From a virus (Duplodnaviria; Caudoviricetes), in the IMG/VR virus record IMGVR_UViG_3300006736_000053, positions 1 to 30,283 of that record: 30,283 nucleotides of DNA. The stretch is one strand, 5' to 3'. Every line of letters begins with the position of its first letter. Positions within the stretch are counted from its first letter, which is position 1. The notes beneath the pieces are model-generated. The model did no database searches. It worked only from the letters and a program-made list of their open reading frames with translations, and was not told the origin of the DNA. Shown in pieces: positions 28,290 through 30,283 of this stretch. Position numbers and translations under genes: made by a program.

Positions 28290-28296
28290 ACACACA

Positions 28297-29277
28297 ATGA
28301 TTAAACAATTTGCAACTAATGGCTGTGGGGATTACATTCCGGTTGGAGATACCTGTCCGGTACTACCTGCTGGCTATTACACTACACATTTTGATCATTC
28401 GGGTACACCCCACATCGATATGATTACGGAATATGAAAGTTCGGATCTTATTCATTTTGACGATTCATCTGTTTCTTTGCTTCTTCGTGAATTCGAAAAG
28501 TTTTGGGGCCTTAAGGATAAATACCTTGCCCGATCGGAAAGTCACAAACGCGGATTCCTTCTTTGGGGGCCTCCCGGTTCTGGTAAAAGTTGTATTCTAG
28601 ACATGTTGATTTCAAAATTTATTGAAGAAGACGGATTGGTATTTGATTTTACAGATAGTCTACCCGATATTGTAAGAATCATTAACACAGTGGATCCCGA
28701 TCGCCGCAAACTCTTCATTTTTGAAGATTTTGATAGGATTCTTGATTGTTCGGAGCACGAAGTGTTACAGCTTATGGATGGTCTTGTGCCTTTGAAAAAC
28801 ACTGTTTGCGTTGCAACCACAAATTATCCGGAGCGGATCCCTGCTCGATTTTTGAATCGACCTTCACGATTTGATCGGATTGAATTTGTTGGATTTCCAA
28901 GTTTTACTCATCGTCTACAATATATTGAAGTAAAGAGTGAAGAAATGTCTGGTAAGATGCAAGAGCGTCTGGCCAAAGACACGGAAAACTTTACGTTTGC
29001 GCATCTTAAGGAAGCTATTCTAAGTATCGAGCTTTTCGGTACCGGGTACCAAGAGACTATCGATCGGATTCGGAATATGCAAACCACTCTTCTTCATTCA
29101 AGTGATTATTCTTTGTTGGATGATGAAGCTATGCGTAAGGCCGAATTGCATGCAAAGCTAGCTAGCCGCTTGGGTCGAGTCGCAAAAACTCCGGTTGCAT
29201 TTGAAAAAGATTATCCCGCTGACGACGATTGGGAAGACGAACCGCTGGGCGAGGCGAATCCATGTACGGCTGGGTAA
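28297..29277 (+). CDS. Single-domain AAA+ ATPase (classical AAA clade, YjoB/BCS1-like)
   Basis: 326 aa. KRGFLLWGPPGSGKS (Walker A), FIFEDFD (Walker B), and ATTNYPERIPARFLNRPSRFDR (sensor 1 and second region of homology). Confidence 0.88.
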   Translation: MIKQFATNGCGDYIPVGDTCPVLPAGYYTTHFDHSGTPHIDMITEYESSDLIHFDDSSVSLLLREFEKFWGLKDKYLARSESHKRGFLLWGPPGSGKSCILDMLISKFIEEDGLVFDFTDSLPDIVRIINTVDPDRRKLFIFEDFDRILDCSEHEVLQLMDGLVPLKNTVCVATTNYPERIPARFLNRPSRFDRIEFVGFPSFTHRLQYIEVKSEEMSGKMQERLAKDTENFTFAHLKEAILSIELFGTGYQETIDRIRNMQTTLLHSSDYSLLDDEAMRKAELHAKLASRLGRVAKTPVAFEKDYPADDDWEDEPLGEANPCTAG

Positions 29278-29309
29278 AGAATAATTTGTTTAGGTAATTA
29301 TGACGGGAA

Positions 29310-29326
29310 ATACTAATTATTAGTAT
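29310..29326 (+). promoter_or_regulatory. Late-promoter-like ACTAATTA in an inverted repeat overlapping the endonuclease start codon
   Basis: ATACTAAT-t-ATTAGTAT (29310-29326), whose 3' arm includes the AT of ATG 29325. No SD. Confidence 0.5.
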
Positions 29327-29984
29327 GCATAAAAAGAGTGGAATATATAAGATATACAATATTATTTCAAATAAAATATATATAGGAAGTTCAATTGATA
29401 TAAAACAACGCTGGTGTATACATCGATCGAATTTAAAAAATGGAAAGCATCATTCTTTTTATCTTCAAAATGCATGGGATAAATATGGAGAAGATGCTTT
29501 TTTGTTTGAAATTATTGAAGAAATTGATGCAATTAAAGAAATATTGTTATTACGAGAACAGTATTATTTAAATTTATTCGAATCATTTAAAAGTGAAAAT
29601 GGTTATAACATTCAACATATAGCACAAAGTCGATTAGGGGTTAAAACTAGTATAGAAACTAGACAAAAAATAAGTAAAACACGAAAAATATTAGGATTAG
29701 CTAAAGGTAAAAATAATCCTATGTACGGGGTTTCTCTAAAGGGTGAACAACATGGTATGTGGGGAAAAACACATACTATGGAAAGTCGTCAAAAAATTAG
29801 CGATAATCATGTAGATGTGTCTGGTGAAAATAATCCACGTTCAAAACTAACTTGGCCCAACGTACGATATATTCGCCAAACATATACAAATAAAACAAAA
29901 ACAGTAAAAGAATTAATGAATATGTTTAATGTAGGTAAAAGTACAATATATAATATATTATATAATAATACATGGAAGGAATAA
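29325..29984 (+). CDS. Free-standing GIY-YIG homing endonuclease with NUMOD3-like motifs and a C-terminal HTH-like domain
   Basis: SGIYKI...KIYIGSS...RW..H, LLREQYY, GYNI; GKTHTMESRQKIS; GENNPRSKLT...FNVGKSTIYNI. Visibly more AT-rich than its flanks. Confidence 0.92.
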   Translation: MHKKSGIYKIYNIISNKIYIGSSIDIKQRWCIHRSNLKNGKHHSFYLQNAWDKYGEDAFLFEIIEEIDAIKEILLLREQYYLNLFESFKSENGYNIQHIAQSRLGVKTSIETRQKISKTRKILGLAKGKNNPMYGVSLKGEQHGMWGKTHTMESRQKISDNHVDVSGENNPRSKLTWPNVRYIRQTYTNKTKTVKELMNMFNVGKSTIYNILYNNTWKE

Positions 29985-29985
29985 A

Positions 29986-30283
29986 ATGAGTTATAAAATT
30001 GCCCATTTGGCTGACACTCATATTCGAAATCTTAAATTTCATTATGAATATCGAATTGTTTTTCAACAATTGTATAAAAAATTGAAAAAAGAAAAAATTG
30101 ATTTTATTGTACATTGCGGAGATATCGCACATACAAAAACACAGATATCACCAGAATTTGTTCAACTTTGTTCTGAGTTTTTAACCAATCTGGCTGATAT
30201 CGCGCCGCTAGTGATCGTGCTTGGAAATCATGATGGAAATCTCAAAAATTCTTCACGACAAGATGCAATTACTCCAATTGTAA
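29986..30283 (+). CDS. Mre11/SbcD/T4 gp47-like metallophosphoesterase nuclease, 3'-truncated
   Basis: Absent from the ORF track because it has no stop in the window. Manual translation gives MSYKIAHLADTHIRNLK...IVHCGDIAH...VIVLGNHDGN, with DxH, GD and GNHD motifs. SD AAGGA at 29976-29980. Confidence 0.88.
   Translation, partial: MSYKIAHLADTHIRNLKFHYEYRIVFQQLYKKLKKEKIDFIVHCGDIAHTKTQISPEFVQLCSEFLTNLADIAPLVIVLGNHDGNLKNSSRQDAITPIV

Noticed and set aside
29942-29970. TA-rich tract containing TATAAT (possible origin or promoter)
   Set aside because: Coding sequence for IYNILYNN in an AT-rich gene, with no matching -35 or iterons.
29278-29985. Group I intron around the GIY-YIG ORF
   Set aside because: Both flanking genes look intact at their junctions, and only 47 nt and 1 nt of flank remain, too little for a ribozyme core.
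2-30132. All minus-strand ORFs and short alternative-frame + strand ORFs in the track
   Set aside because: They lie within or across long, motif-bearing + strand genes and show no recognisable motifs; treated as shadow ORFs.
1-30283. tRNA, rRNA, CRISPR array, DGR repeats, IS elements
   Set aside because: Intergenic gaps are all about 70 nt or less, and I saw no spaced repeats, reverse transcriptase or transposase. A manual read could miss diverged repeats.

Overview
An AT-rich (roughly 35% GC by eye), densely coding window with every credible gene on the + strand. It reads as part of a large contractile-tailed (myovirus-type, possibly jumbo) phage genome. Positions 1-24984 are a virion baseplate module: a 5'-truncated large ORF, gp25-like and gp6/baseplate-J-like wedge proteins, a DNRLRE-like protein, a 2854-aa LamG-containing wedge protein, an FN3-like protein and two pairs of paralogues. 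Positions 24998-30283 are a replication/recombination module: RuvC-like resolvase, DNA primase and a 3'-truncated Mre11/SbcD/gp47 nuclease that is missing from the ORF track. Four accessory genes sit inside that module, each with its own apparent promoter. (1) An 81-aa signal-peptide protein that I recognise as resembling myxobacterial gliding protein CglF/GltF, which is the most striking observation. (2) A 477-aa candidate head-packaged protein with toxin-RNase-like motifs. (3) An AAA+ ATPase with a near-consensus sigma70 promoter containing an operator-like palindrome. (4) A free-standing GIY-YIG homing endonuclease. Other signals are a candidate late-promoter motif A(C/G)TA(A/T)TTA, strong [T/S]-G-S enrichment in a subset of virion proteins and apparent CCWGG avoidance. 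All family calls come from motif recognition and all counts are manual; no searches were run.
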